This document shows positions 9,701-19,360 of a stretch of DNA of 64,000 nt, piece by piece. Every line of letters starts with the position of its first letter. Position 1 is the first letter of the stretch. This stretch comes from Polyangia bacterium (lineage in GTDB: Bacteria > Myxococcota_A > Polyangia > Palsa-1104 > JAEUJZ01), in assembly GCA_046351615.1 (NCBI GenBank), contig JAXLYF010000011.1, positions 10,882-74,881 of the forward strand, read 5' to 3'. Below the pieces are notes generated by a model. It worked only from the letters and a program-made list of their open reading frames with translations. It searched no databases and was not told the DNA's origin. The translations under genes were made by a program, and so were the position numbers.

Positions 9701-11407
9701 CTCGACAAAGAGATCGTTCGTCGCATCATCCGTCGTCACATCAGCGAAGTGAAGTTTTGCCAAGAGCGCGAGCTGCACCGAGGCGGCGCGAGCGTGGGAC
9801 GGGTGGTCATTCTGTTTTCGATTGGTGTAGATGGCGGGGTGAAGACGAGCTTGGTGCAAAGCTCGACGGTGGGAAATGCATCGCTAGAGCAGTGCGTGGC
9901 TGGGGCAGTACGTCGCTGGGAGTTTCCAAAGCCGCGCAGCGGTAGCCCGGCGGTGGTCACGTATCCGTTTACGTTCAAAGGCGATGGCATCAGCAGCGGC
10001 TATCAGGAAGTGGCGATGCCGTCGGTGGAAATCTCGACGCCGGATGTGACGGTGGTGGTCGGAATTGTGTCGCACCGGCCCAGAGGCTGCTCGGCGGCGT
10101 CGATGCAGCCGCTTGATGAGCGACGACAGCTGTGGAAAGAGCGATTGTCGGGGAGCGTGCGCAAGGCGATGGAAGTGCTGCAAGACGCCGAGCATGGCTG
10201 CGAAGTCCGTCGCTGGACCGATCGTCGTGAGCTGCTTCGTCTGATGCTGCGCAACGTCGGTGGTCCACGCGGGATGGTCGAGCTGTATAAGAACCTGTCC
10301 GAGGAGCCCGATGATCAGGAATACCTGCGTCACTCGATCCTCGGTGAGGTGCGCAGTCCGCGCGATCTGCGGGTGGTGTACGACGGGCTGGGGCTGGGCG
10401 ATGAAGAGCGCGCGCTGCTTGCGCAAGAAGTGGTGGCGAAGGCCAAGTCGCTGCCGGACAAGCTGACTCGGCTGACGGATCTGCTGGCGAAGTGGCCGGA
10501 GGATCTGCGGCTGCGCATCTTGCGGATGGAGACGGAAGAAGCGCTGGGCGAAGCGGACGCGGCGCGCCGGACGGCAGAGGAGATTCAGGTCGATCCGTAC
10601 GCGGATGCGCAGGCGCGGACGGCGGTGGGCGAGCTGCTCGTGCGACTGGGTGATGAGGTGGGTGCGCGACGGGCGTTTTCGGAGATCGTCGAGTTTGCGC
10701 CGCAAGATCCACTGGCGCGGCGACGGCTGGGGGATCTGTATCGGGCGCACGGGCTGTTTGACGAAGCGTATCGTCAGTATGAGACGCTGCTTCAGCTTCA
10801 GCCGGGGGACAACTCGGTGCTGATCCTGCTGGCAGCGGCGGCGGCGGGTTCGGGCAAGGTGGAAGAAGCGCTGGGTCTGGAAAAGCGCGTGGTCGGCGAT
10901 GCAGAGCCGGGCAGTGAGAGCGGTCTGGCGAAGGTGGCGCTGCTGTGGTCAAGCCTGCGACTGGCGGAGCTGCGCGAGCAAGCGCGGACGCTCAAGGGCA
11001 AGGACACGGCGGAAGAGCTGGCGCTTTTGAACCTGCGGGCGCGACAGAGTGGCATCGAAGGTCTGTATCGTCCGGTGCGGGTGTTTCTGTCGTGGGCGCA
11101 CCCGGAGGCGGACTTGGATCTGCGGGTGGCGGCTCCGGGGGAATCGGCGGGTCCAGCGATGGACTTGGCGCCGCAGTTTGGTCTGCTCGGCTGGCACAGC
11201 GACAAGGCTGCGTCGTCGCGCGGGGAATACGTGATTGAAGTCCGTCGGCAAGATCGCGCCAGAGCGATTGGCTACGACGTGGTGTTGGAAGTGGTGGTCG
11301 CGGAAGGTCAGAACGACGAGCGACTGCAAAGTAGCAAGTTCAGGATGGCGGGCGAGCTGGACTCGCGTCGCTTCCTGCTGCGAGACGGACGGCTTTTGCC
11401 CCAGTAA
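6737..11407 (+). CDS. Giant secreted lipoprotein (1556 aa): FecR-like, VIT, vWA, low-complexity linker, TonB-C-like and TPR domains
   Basis: Lipobox LVGCG; VIT-like block FPLSLHRLEVRVRIEDDLAITTVEETFFNP; vWA MIDAS DLALLVDVSAATD...GATDLG...LYVGDGKPTVG; TonB_C-like GSLDKEIVRRIIRRHISEVKFCQ...VTYPFTFK; C-terminal TPR with [34 protein letters not shown]. Confidence 0.8.
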   Translation: MQYFQKARRRCARLGLWLPLLALWLSTLPIGLVGCGPKLSAQSSVASVEVVRTSVDVDGSSGHHSVLGEERVMAGQTLAVAERAQALLHHDVGARLLVDGGSEVLVTEQGVQLRKGRLWVDARSGGRMEVTVGQQTLISQAAGFEVTSAAGGARLLVVRGEVAYVGAGRGVVHAGEQLSLLDAGTAPKLAPVALWDDWTGGLGWPDPRVQGGAPGLGEVGARKPGSLGEARFPLSLHRLEVRVRIEDDLAITTVEETFFNPAESTLEGIFRVRLPDDAILSRFAIDRHGRYVDGYVKERETARRDYESKVYEGSTHDPALLEWEAPGQFKARLYPLPPGSTRKVLYTYSQWLPFGGQGHSLRTYRFPMGAAAGAGAPMIQELDIEVDASRAQAKEVRSGLGAALSDDRKRVVMQRTDYVPSADLVVELVGSARPDDVARVYRVPHVDPPRPGGHSGKPEDDYVLIRTLPAPVPSSSERVPLDLALLVDVSAATDATHLAMAKTLIESVLRRLGPEDRVVLLGADLDAHAVGGKRTGKKEAAAAPTWQAMGADTTNQLLEQLGRATTGGATDLGRTLSQAAAMLEPTRLGAVLYVGDGKPTVGELSLPALRERLASLPQPLRLYAVGIGDDANLDLLSGLAAVSAGQSFRVGDRSAAAETALQVVTHVSRPAVSKLKIDVGSSLDRVYPRETVAVRAGEPLFVLARLKKRLPQSITIEGVQLGQPFKRSYRLEGHGIDNTSDLRLRWSQARLHQLLESGGSVEEVAELGVRQNLITPYTSYYVPSEEEVSRLARSIPEVRAAGCSSRSPISFSRSESAPAATSAPMVVASADAPPPPPVMAEGKMGNKDRRRAKNDEREEASAAPEPEAMEADKPAAAPKPSSAVMPSRDESYAEAPAKKAKRSAAKEKAALDDVDALKDLPGDGFGLVGTGKGGGGAAGSGEGTIGLGSLGTIGHGAGGGYGSKTGASRGTRGLNPEVVLGAAEVRGSLDKEIVRRIIRRHISEVKFCQERELHRGGASVGRVVILFSIGVDGGVKTSLVQSSTVGNASLEQCVAGAVRRWEFPKPRSGSPAVVTYPFTFKGDGISSGYQEVAMPSVEISTPDVTVVVGIVSHRPRGCSAASMQPLDERRQLWKERLSGSVRKAMEVLQDAEHGCEVRRWTDRRELLRLMLRNVGGPRGMVELYKNLSEEPDDQEYLRHSILGEVRSPRDLRVVYDGLGLGDEERALLAQEVVAKAKSLPDKLTRLTDLLAKWPEDLRLRILRMETEEALGEADAARRTAEEIQVDPYADAQARTAVGELLVRLGDEVGARRAFSEIVEFAPQDPLARRRLGDLYRAHGLFDEAYRQYETLLQLQPGDNSVLILLAAAAAGSGKVEEALGLEKRVVGDAEPGSESGLAKVALLWSSLRLAELREQARTLKGKDTAEELALLNLRARQSGIEGLYRPVRVFLSWAHPEADLDLRVAAPGESAGPAMDLAPQFGLLGWHSDKAASSRGEYVIEVRRQDRARAIGYDVVLEVVVAEGQNDERLQSSKFRMAGELDSRRFLLRDGRLLPQ

Positions 11408-11417
11408 TGAGGTCGCC

Positions 11418-14400
11418 ATGAAGAGCTTTGCGCAGGTTCGCAACAAACAAGTGGGCGGCCGCTTCGTCCTGGCCTGGACGCTGTCAGCGGCGCTGTGGAT
11501 GACGGGCTGTCCCAAGCCTCCGACGCAGGAACCGACGGTGGCTTCGGTGGAAGCAAGCCGAGACGGAGCGACGATCACGGCGGGCAAGACCCAGCTGCCG
11601 ATTCAGCGCAGTCATCGCTTGGTCGCGGGCAGCGTGGTGACGACTCCGCCGGGAGTTCGTGCGTCGCTGTACCTGGATGCAGGCGCGTGGGTGCTGCTCG
11701 ATCAGGGCAGTGTGCTCAAGCTGCTCGACAAAGGCATTGAGGTGGTGAGTGGTCGGGCGTGGATCGATGCGCGCGTCGGAACCGATGTGCCCGTGGTGGC
11801 GGCGGGCGTTTCGCTGACAGCGCAGCGGGCGGGCCTGGCGGTGACGATGACCGAGGGGGGCGCGAAGATCTATTGCGCGAGCGGTCAGGTGGCGTGGAAA
11901 GGCGAAGCGAAGTCGGGTCGGCTGGAGTCTGGTCTGACGCTGCTTGTGTCCGCGAAAGAGGCCAAGCAGACGGCGCAAGCGCTGTGGGACGACTTCACGC
12001 TGGGACTGGCTGAGCCGGGACCGCTGCGTGCGCTGGAGCCAGCAGGCGTGGGTCAGCTGACGGCGCGACCAGCGACGGGACTGGGGACAGCGCGGACGCC
12101 GCTGATTGTGCGTGCTCACGACGTCAATGTGTCGATAGATGGCGACATGGCGACGACGACGGTTGAGCAGACGTTCTTCAATCCGCGCTCGGAGTACTTG
12201 GAAGGTCTGTACACGGTGCGGCTGCCGGAAGCGGCGATCTTGGAACACTTCTCGGTGGCAGACGGCGACCAAGTGCCGCGTCGAGGCACTGTGATGCCGA
12301 TGGATCGCCAGGGCGGCGGGCTGTCGAGCTTTTCCGCAAACCTAGAGTGGGCGGGCGCAGGTCGCTATCGCGGCTTGGTTCGCAACATTGCGCCGGGAAA
12401 AGTACGCAAGGTGGTGCTGCGCTATCGCGAGTGGCTGCCGCACATTCCCTACTCGGACGCAGTGCGTCGTACCTACGTCTACCCGATGGGACAGAGCGCG
12501 CAGATGCAAGCGGGCTCGCTGTCGAACCTGGGAGAGTTTTCGCTGTCGGTGGATGTGGCGCAGGCGCAAGCGGCGGCACTGCAAGCAGGACTGGGCGCGC
12601 AGATCGAAGGATCGATGGTGACGCTGCGGCGCAGTGACTTCAAGCCGTCAGCGGACTTTGTGCTCGATCTGATCGACGGCAAAGAGCGGGTGAGTGAGCG
12701 GCTTGTGGCGTTCCGAGGGGACGAGCTGGACGGTCAGCGCTATCTGATGGTGCAGCCGACGCCAGCAGCGGGAAAGCCGAGCAAGGGCCTGGATGTGGTG
12801 CTGCTCGTCGATGTGTCGGCGGGAACGGATGAAGCGCGGCTGAGCCTGGCCAAGAGCGCGGCGCAAGCGGTGCTCAAGCGACTGACGCCAGCGGATCGGG
12901 TCGCGGTGGTGGCGGCGTCTCTGTCGTCGGCGACGCTGGGTAGCGAAGCGATGGGTCCGGCGACCAAAGAGCGGATTGATCAGCTCGATGTTCAGCTTGC
13001 GAAGCAGACGCCGGGCGGAGCGACGAACCTGCAGCAGGCGTTTTTGCGTGCGGTCGAGCTTCTGCCGCGTGGGCAAGGCGCGGTGATCTACATCGGGGAT
13101 GGTCGTCCGACGGTGGGCGCGCTGACTCCGAATGATCTGAAGGCGCAGCTTCAGCAGCTTGGGGATCTGCCTCGGTTCTTTGCGGCAGCGGTGGGCAGCG
13201 ATGCGAATGTGGCGCTTCTGGAGTCGCTGTGTCACTCGGGGACGCGATCGGGTGTGGTGCGCATCGAAGACGCGCCGGATGCGTCGCGGGCGGCGCTGTA
13301 TCTGCTGGAACGGGTGGCGCAGCCAAGCCTGACCGGCGTCAAAGTAGAGCTGGGTGAAGGCGCGGATGTGGTCTATCCCGACGAGCCAGTGACGCTAGAG
13401 AGCGGCGATGCGCTGACGGTGGTGGCGCGGCTGCGTGCGGATCGAGCGGCTCCGTCGAAGCTGGTGCTGCGCGGACTGCGAGACGGACAGCCGTTTGTCG
13501 AGCAGCGCGATCTGACGGTGCGGAACCTCGAAGACGGCGGGGACTTGGCTCGACGCTGGGCGCTGTATCGGATGCAAGGTCTGCTAGAGCGGGCGTCGGG
13601 AAAAGAAGCGATTTTGGACATCGGCAAGCGCTTTCAGGTGGTGACGCCGTGGACCGCGATTGTCGTCGAGCCGTCGGGTGGAGAGAGCTATCGTCCGATG
13701 GTCGGTGAGCTGGAGTCGGGACAGTTTGTGCCGCCGTCGCTGCGCGGACAGGCCCCGCAAGACTCGGCGATCGTGCTGGAGTCGGGCGTGTCGACGCAGA
13801 GCCTGCGCGCGGTGAGCGTGAGTGAGATGTATGTGCGGGCGCTCAAGTCGCAGAGCAGCGCGGCACGGCTGTGTTATGAGCGACGGGCAGCGGGAAATCC
13901 GGGTCTGTCGGGTCGCGTCGAGCTGAAGCTGAAGGTTGGCATCGACGGGCTCCCGAAAGATGTCAAGGTCTCGTCGTCAACGCTGCGCAACAAAGAGATC
14001 GACGACTGCATCGAGCGAGCGCTGCTGGCGGTGAAGCTGCCGGTGTCTCCCGACGGGAAGCTGCACGATGTGGACTACGCGCTACAGCTCAATCAAAAAG
14101 AGCACGACGACGGGCCGCAGCGCTGTAGTCCGGCGTCGCGGGCGTATCTACAAGTGCGTCGGTCGCTGTGGCGAGAGCGCTTGTCGAGTCATCCGGGCGT
14201 CGAGGGTGCGATGACGGTGTTCCAAGAGGCGGATGCGCGCTGTGAGCTAAAGACGTGGCTCGATCGACGGGCGCTCATCGATTTGATGCGTGTTCACGTC
14301 GGTGGCACGGCGCAGCAGGTCGATCTGCATCATCGCTTCGACGACAGTGAGTATGCGCAGGAAATCCAGTCGCATCTGCGTCGAGAGATCCTGCGTGCGG

Positions 14401-15503
14401 TGCGAACGGAAGCGGACATTCGGGCGGCGCAGAGTGGGCTGGCTCTCGACGGTGGTGTCGATGAAGCACTGCTTGCGCAAGAGCTGAAGAAGACCAAAGG
14501 AATCGCGGATCAGCTGACGGTGATTCGTCGCTTTTTGGCGCTGCTGCCGGACTCTTTGTCGCTGAAGCTGAAGCTGCTGGCGCTGCTGGAAGAGGCGAGC
14601 GCGGAAAAAGGGCTGTCTGCGACGGGTCAGCAAGCGCTGTTTGCCGAAGCGAACCGGCTGATTGAGTCGCTGCGCGTCGATCCGGGCGCTGATGCGGCGA
14701 TTCGTCAGGCGGTCGGTGAGTATCTGATCCGTCGCGGGGAAGGGGCCGAAGGGGCGCGCGCTCTGTCGGAGATCGTCGAGTTTGCACCGTTCGATCCGTG
14801 GGGACGACGACGGCTTGGTGATCTGTATCGCGCACACGGATTCTTCGACGCTGCGTATCGGGAATATCAGGGGCTCAGCTGGCTTTTGCCACAGGATGAC
14901 AGCGTGCTGCTGCTGCTGGCGGATGCAGCGGTGGGCGTCGGACGAACGGACGAAGCGCTGCGGCTGACGAGTCGGGTGGCAGAGTCGGTGGGCGCTCAGA
15001 AGACGCAGAAAGGGGCTCCGGCGTGGGCGCGGGCGCTGTATGCGGTGCGGATGGCTCGGCTGGTCGACGAGGCGCGACGCAAGGGCGATCAGAACCTGCT
15101 CGGGCAGCTCAAAGCGCGTGGACGCAGCGACGGAATTTCCAGCTACGCAGGGCAGATGCTGGTCGCGGTGACGTGGTCGCATCCCGATGCGAAGCTGCAG
15201 CTTCAGATTGCTCCGCCGGGGAAGGGGAGTGTGTTTCAGGGCGCCAGCGTGTCGGGCGGTGAGGTCGGCATCGAGGCGCAGCGCTATCCGCAGACGCAGC
15301 CGGGTGAGTGGCAGATTCGCGTGATCAAGCCGAGCATGGCGCTGGGTGCGGGCGAATACAAAGGCGAGCTGATGGTTTTGTTACACGCTGGAACGGCGGA
15401 AGAGACGATTCTGCGACAGCCGATCTCGGTGAGTGCGGGCTTTTCGTCGGTGAAAGAGTTTTCGCTGCGCGGTAGCGCGCTGACTCCGATTCCCACCAAG
15501 TAG
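11418..15503 (+). CDS. Paralogous giant lipoprotein (about 1360 aa): FecR-like, VIT, vWA, TonB-C-like, TPR
   Basis: Start moved to ATG 11418 just after the stop of the upstream gene (MKSFAQV...WMTGCPKPP lipoprotein signal); same domain order; [22 protein letters not shown], v[16 protein letters not shown]...GGATNL...[12 protein letters not shown]-terminal motif [34 protein letters not shown] nearly identical to upstream gene. Confidence 0.8.
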   Translation: MKSFAQVRNKQVGGRFVLAWTLSAALWMTGCPKPPTQEPTVASVEASRDGATITAGKTQLPIQRSHRLVAGSVVTTPPGVRASLYLDAGAWVLLDQGSVLKLLDKGIEVVSGRAWIDARVGTDVPVVAAGVSLTAQRAGLAVTMTEGGAKIYCASGQVAWKGEAKSGRLESGLTLLVSAKEAKQTAQALWDDFTLGLAEPGPLRALEPAGVGQLTARPATGLGTARTPLIVRAHDVNVSIDGDMATTTVEQTFFNPRSEYLEGLYTVRLPEAAILEHFSVADGDQVPRRGTVMPMDRQGGGLSSFSANLEWAGAGRYRGLVRNIAPGKVRKVVLRYREWLPHIPYSDAVRRTYVYPMGQSAQMQAGSLSNLGEFSLSVDVAQAQAAALQAGLGAQIEGSMVTLRRSDFKPSADFVLDLIDGKERVSERLVAFRGDELDGQRYLMVQPTPAAGKPSKGLDVVLLVDVSAGTDEARLSLAKSAAQAVLKRLTPADRVAVVAASLSSATLGSEAMGPATKERIDQLDVQLAKQTPGGATNLQQAFLRAVELLPRGQGAVIYIGDGRPTVGALTPNDLKAQLQQLGDLPRFFAAAVGSDANVALLESLCHSGTRSGVVRIEDAPDASRAALYLLERVAQPSLTGVKVELGEGADVVYPDEPVTLESGDALTVVARLRADRAAPSKLVLRGLRDGQPFVEQRDLTVRNLEDGGDLARRWALYRMQGLLERASGKEAILDIGKRFQVVTPWTAIVVEPSGGESYRPMVGELESGQFVPPSLRGQAPQDSAIVLESGVSTQSLRAVSVSEMYVRALKSQSSAARLCYERRAAGNPGLSGRVELKLKVGIDGLPKDVKVSSSTLRNKEIDDCIERALLAVKLPVSPDGKLHDVDYALQLNQKEHDDGPQRCSPASRAYLQVRRSLWRERLSSHPGVEGAMTVFQEADARCELKTWLDRRALIDLMRVHVGGTAQQVDLHHRFDDSEYAQEIQSHLRREILRAVRTEADIRAAQSGLALDGGVDEALLAQELKKTKGIADQLTVIRRFLALLPDSLSLKLKLLALLEEASAEKGLSATGQQALFAEANRLIESLRVDPGADAAIRQAVGEYLIRRGEGAEGARALSEIVEFAPFDPWGRRRLGDLYRAHGFFDAAYREYQGLSWLLPQDDSVLLLLADAAVGVGRTDEALRLTSRVAESVGAQKTQKGAPAWARALYAVRMARLVDEARRKGDQNLLGQLKARGRSDGISSYAGQMLVAVTWSHPDAKLQLQIAPPGKGSVFQGASVSGGEVGIEAQRYPQTQPGEWQIRVIKPSMALGAGEYKGELMVLLHAGTAEETILRQPISVSAGFSSVKEFSLRGSALTPIPTK

Positions 15504-15558
15504 CGCGGAGATAGCGCTCGTCGTTTCGGGCGAATCGCTTCGGCGATATTCTCTGCGG

Positions 15559-17016
15559 ATGCCAAAACTCAAATTCCCGGTCCTTTGCACGCTGGCGCTC
15601 GTCGGCTGCACGAGCGAAGGACTTGATACCCTGGTTCCTCACTTTGATCCGCCCAGCTCGACGACGCTTCCGTCGGTCAACTCGCTGGTGCATGTCATCA
15701 ACCTGGATGCCGAGCCGACGATCTGCTATTCCACCGATGGAAGTCCCGTCGAGTGGAGCGATGGTAGCTGTGCCAAGAAGCTCGACGACAGCCGTGCGAT
15801 TGCGGTGCCCGCGTGCGGCTTCAACCTGATTCGCATCGCGTGGCCGACGGGCAGCGACGAAGCCAACTACAAGGTGGAAAGCGAAGCCTGTGCGTCCAGC
15901 TGCGAGCCGGTGGTTCCATGGCCAAACGGCGAGCTGGCGCAAGCGTTTGCGCGCTGGACCGACGAGGTCAAGTGCATGCTCAACAACTGCCAAAACCCGT
16001 CGAGCACCGGCAACTGGTCGATGAACTGCGACTCGGGAAAGGTGAGCTGGAACGTGAGCCTCAACGGGCTGCGCGCGATCAGCACGTTCACCTACGAGTC
16101 CTGTGCGCACTCGGTCAGCATTGACGTCAGCGACGGAGGCAAGACGGTCTCTCGCAAGTTCAACTTGGTCATTTCTGGCAAGCTGGTTCAGGACACCGAC
16201 TTCGACGGCAGCGGCAACGAAGGCGGCAACGTCACGATCGCGGGTGACTTCACAGGCAAGATCAACTCGCGGATGGTGCTCGACAGCAAGCAGCGCACGG
16301 GCGGTACCGTCGATGCGGGCTGTACGGTCGATCCAATCGACGGCAAGCAGTGTGCGCCCGGCGGAGCGACGATTGCGTACAACTTTCCCGACTGGAGCTG
16401 TCGCGGCGGCATCTGTCCGGTCGCTGCGTCGGGAACCTGCAAGCAGCCTGACAGCGATGGCGACGGAGTTACCGACGACAAAGACAACTGTCCGATGGTG
16501 GCGAACACGGATCAGCTCGATGTGGATCGCGACGGCGTCGGTGACGAGTGCGACAGCGAGCCGGCATTTGCGCTGCTTCGCTTCAAGGTCGGGAGCCGCT
16601 GTCTGACGCTGGGGAGCAAGAAGCAAGTTCACTCGACCAGCACCTGTGAGCCGACGGACCCCAAGCAGCAGTGGCAGATGTTTCCGTCGGGAAATGCCTA
16701 TGGATTCCGCAATCTGTCGACGGGAGAGTGCCTAAGCCAGAGCGGCGTGCTGGCGGGACCGTGGACGGTGGTGACTGCGCCGTGCGACGGAACCGACAAG
16801 CAGCGCTGGAAGCTGGAAGCCTATAACCAAGGCGGCACCGACGCGAAATATCCGCTGCGGATGCACAATGCCGCCGAAAACTTCTGCATCTACACCGACC
16901 TGACCGGGCTGGTCTACGGAACGGCGCTCAACTGCGACTTGGCTGGAACAGAGTCCAATCGCAAGGTCGGCGTGTATCTGGGCGGCGCGTTCGAGAAGGC
17001 TCCGTTTGTTCCATAG
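15559..17016 (+). CDS. Lipoprotein with thrombospondin type-3 (Ca-binding) repeats and a C-terminal ricin-B-type lectin (beta-trefoil) domain
   Basis: Signal/lipobox LALVGCTS; TSP3-like [39 protein letters not shown]; QxW motifs (KQQWQMF, KQRWKLE) typical of ricin B lectin. Confidence 0.75.
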   Translation: MPKLKFPVLCTLALVGCTSEGLDTLVPHFDPPSSTTLPSVNSLVHVINLDAEPTICYSTDGSPVEWSDGSCAKKLDDSRAIAVPACGFNLIRIAWPTGSDEANYKVESEACASSCEPVVPWPNGELAQAFARWTDEVKCMLNNCQNPSSTGNWSMNCDSGKVSWNVSLNGLRAISTFTYESCAHSVSIDVSDGGKTVSRKFNLVISGKLVQDTDFDGSGNEGGNVTIAGDFTGKINSRMVLDSKQRTGGTVDAGCTVDPIDGKQCAPGGATIAYNFPDWSCRGGICPVAASGTCKQPDSDGDGVTDDKDNCPMVANTDQLDVDRDGVGDECDSEPAFALLRFKVGSRCLTLGSKKQVHSTSTCEPTDPKQQWQMFPSGNAYGFRNLSTGECLSQSGVLAGPWTVVTAPCDGTDKQRWKLEAYNQGGTDAKYPLRMHNAAENFCIYTDLTGLVYGTALNCDLAGTESNRKVGVYLGGAFEKAPFVP

Positions 17017-17022
17017 CCCAAT

Positions 17023-17110
17023 GTAGGAATCGGGTAGGAATCGGTTGGGAATCGGTTGGGAATCGAGTAGGAATCGGTTGGGAATCGAGTAGGAATCGAG
17101 TAGGAATCGG
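17023..17110. repeat. About 8 tandem copies of an 11-bp unit (K)T(R)GGAATCG(R) in a convergent intergenic region
   Basis: gtaggaatcgg gtaggaatcgg ttgggaatcgg ttgggaatcga gtaggaatcgg ttgggaatcga gtaggaatcga gtaggaatcgg; related array at 63496-63561. Confidence 0.85.
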
Positions 17111-17130
17111 CTGGGTTCGATTCCTACTCG
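17099..17130. terminator. Hairpin (12-bp stem GAGTAGGAATCG / CGATTCCTACTC, 8-nt loop) between convergent genes; possible bidirectional terminator built from the last repeat units
   Basis: gagtaggaatcg gctgggtt cgattcctactc read directly; lies between the 15559..17016 (+) stop and the 17136 (-) stop. Confidence 0.45.
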
Positions 17131-17135
17131 CGGCG

Positions 17136-18677
17136 CTACGCTTTGAAGGCGCTGGCGTCGGGCAGACCGCTTCCCGCTAGATCGGCACCCATGGCGGTGA
17201 GTACGCCGGAAAAGATGTCGGGCTCATTGGGGGTGAGCTTGCCGACCTGCGGTGCGCCGGTGCGCGCGTCAAAGCCGTAAGTGAGGGTGGTCAGCGGATC
17301 GACACCGCCCAAGATGGTGTTGCCTTTGACCATCGGGGACAAAAGGACAAAGCCGTTGTTCAGATCATGTCCGCTGCCGAACGTGGTGGCGCTGTCGGGA
17401 CGATTGCGGGTCCGGCCAAAGTCGGTGGCGACATAGATCATGGTGCGATCCCACAGGCTCTCTCCGGTTGCGGTGTCAAACGGTTCGGACTTGAGCAGCG
17501 TGATGAGTTTATCGACGGTGCCCATGATCCGATCCCACATAAACGCCTGACCGCTGCGGTGATCGTTGTGGCTGAAGTCAAACGCGAGCGGCGGATTGAA
17601 CAGTCCGGTGCCACCACCGAGCTTGACGTTAAAGTCGGGACCGATCGTGACAGCGGAAGAGACACGATACTTGATGAGCAGGAATGCGAGCGCAGCCTGT
17701 CCCGCAAACGGATCATCAAAGAACGTAGGAAGCACTTGTCGGACGCGCGCACCGTCGGGAGACGTCGCAAGTCCATACTGCGTAAGCGGAATCTGCGGTG
17801 GCATATCCGGCAGTACGTTCAGCTTGGTGATCAGGTCTTGGGCTTCCAGCGTAGAGCTGGCCGCGCTCTGGGCGAGCCAGCGCTGCATCGACACCGCATC
17901 CGAAAACGTCTGACCAAAGACAGACTGCGTGTGCAGCTCATCGCGGGCCTTGCGCGCCAGATCCACCACGTCTTTACCGGGGGCTCCCAGAATGCCGCGC
18001 GTGCCATCCAAACCGAGCGGCCACAGCGACGGATTGGTGACGGTTTCAGCGTACATCGCCGCAGGAAGGGAGTCGTCTACGCCGCGCTCTGTGTAGCCAC
18101 CAAACGCCATGTTGACGTTGGGAACTGGCATTCCCTGTCCGAACTGGAGCGCAACACACTCCTGAAGGGTGCGTCCCTTCCATGCGTTGTTTCCGGTGAT
18201 GGAGCGCTTTTGGGCTATGACGTGATTGACCGACGTTCCCACCGAGGTCGCAACCAGCATGTCATCGGCGTACTTTTTGACAAACGCAAGCTGGTCGGTG
18301 TTCACCGGAATCGGAATGCTCCCGATCTTCGCAGAAGAGTGACGCACCGCGCGGAACGGACTTCCGGGGACGCTCTGCACAGACGCATCTGGGAATGCGT
18401 TCAGACGAATCGCATTGGCACCCGCTTCGGATTCCCGAACCGCGAGCATTCCGTCGACAATGCTGGCTCCTCCTGCTGCTGCGATCACGACCAAGAACTT
18501 GGGCTTGGTGCTGAGCGGATCGATGCGGGTTCCGAGCTTTTCACGCGACTGTGGAGTCTCTAGCGACTGACGACAACCGATCAGAAAGGGGGACAGCGAG
18601 GTCGATCCGGCAGCCAGGAGTCCCAGTGCAGAGAGCGCCTCTCTTCGCGACAGTCTTCCGCTATTTCGTAGTGACAT
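17136..18677 (-). CDS. Tat-signal secreted protein, DUF1501/DUF1552-like (sulfatase-fold family commonly paired with CxxCH 'PSCyt' proteins)
   Basis: Start set at MSLRNSGRLSRREALSALGLLAAGS (twin-arginine motif SRREAL); ~514 aa; family call from overall architecture and partner gene, not from a specific catalytic motif. Confidence 0.55.
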   Translation of the reverse strand: MSLRNSGRLSRREALSALGLLAAGSTSLSPFLIGCRQSLETPQSREKLGTRIDPLSTKPKFLVVIAAAGGASIVDGMLAVRESEAGANAIRLNAFPDASVQSVPGSPFRAVRHSSAKIGSIPIPVNTDQLAFVKKYADDMLVATSVGTSVNHVIAQKRSITGNNAWKGRTLQECVALQFGQGMPVPNVNMAFGGYTERGVDDSLPAAMYAETVTNPSLWPLGLDGTRGILGAPGKDVVDLARKARDELHTQSVFGQTFSDAVSMQRWLAQSAASSTLEAQDLITKLNVLPDMPPQIPLTQYGLATSPDGARVRQVLPTFFDDPFAGQAALAFLLIKYRVSSAVTIGPDFNVKLGGGTGLFNPPLAFDFSHNDHRSGQAFMWDRIMGTVDKLITLLKSEPFDTATGESLWDRTMIYVATDFGRTRNRPDSATTFGSGHDLNNGFVLLSPMVKGNTILGGVDPLTTLTYGFDARTGAPQVGKLTPNEPDIFSGVLTAMGADLAGSGLPDASAFKA

Positions 18678-18691
18678 CTGCTTGGCTCCCT

Positions 18692-19360
18692 TTAGTAAAA
18701 GACCGACTCTGCGGACGATAGGATCGCGAAACAGACAGCCTGCATCCACGCGCGTGCGGGCTCTGCAGTTGCTGTCGCTTCGATGTCTTTGGCAAGTCGA
18801 ACGTAGCGCTCCAGCTCGTTGCGATAGGGATTGCGCAGATACACCCGCTGCGTCAGCAGTCCGATCACACCACGAACCTCGGGACCATCGACGTTCCCAA
18901 GCTTTTTTCCACTCAAGGGAACGCCGCGAAAGATCACTGCTGCGGATGGATCGTCCAGATCCGCACTGACGCGCTGCGTACACGCTGTCCACGCCACGCG
19001 CTCTGCAACAATCGGAGTCGTGGTGGCTGTAGCGTTTGGTGATTCATACAGTCCGGCTCCGTAGGGATCGACGCCTCCCAGCGCGACGTTGTGTACCGCA
19101 GCGGTACAAGGATACAGTCCCAGCTCCAGACAGACAGACTCTGGACGAAGCTCAAGTGCCGTCGCAAAGTCTGTGTTCAAGCGCTCTGGACCTTTGAAGC
19201 GGATGTTGCCGCGCGCAGACTTCGCAACCGGAGTGGCCGGCAGCTCTAGGACATCGGGATCAGGGGGCGCTTGGGCGGAGTCCGTACACGCTACGCACAG
19301 CGCAGCACACATGAGGAGTTTGTTAAGGCGCACCGTAGGCCTCCGTCTTGACGATGTCAT
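18692..19360 (-). CDS. Hypothetical secreted/lipoprotein (222 aa); may be the C-terminal part of the upstream CxxCH gene if a frameshift is present
   Basis: Hydrophobic Cys-containing N-terminus LLMCAALCVACTDS; overlaps the end of ORF 19323..20747 in another frame; combined length ~696 aa would match DUF1585/1588/1592-type proteins. Confidence 0.45.
   Translation of the reverse strand: MTSSRRRPTVRLNKLLMCAALCVACTDSAQAPPDPDVLELPATPVAKSARGNIRFKGPERLNTDFATALELRPESVCLELGLYPCTAAVHNVALGGVDPYGAGLYESPNATATTTPIVAERVAWTACTQRVSADLDDPSAAVIFRGVPLSGKKLGNVDGPEVRGVIGLLTQRVYLRNPYRNELERYVRLAKDIEATATAEPARAWMQAVCFAILSSAESVFY

Noticed and set aside
7577-10952. Several 250-320-aa minus-strand ORFs (7577..8320, 7722..8588, 9884..10750, 9990..10952) inside the first giant lipoprotein gene
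   Set aside because: Pro/Arg/Ala-rich low-complexity antisense ORFs typical of high-GC DNA.
17367-18563. 398-aa plus-strand ORF antisense to the Tat-signal DUF1501-like gene
   Set aside because: No motifs, Arg-rich; opposite-strand gene has signal peptide and sensible composition.
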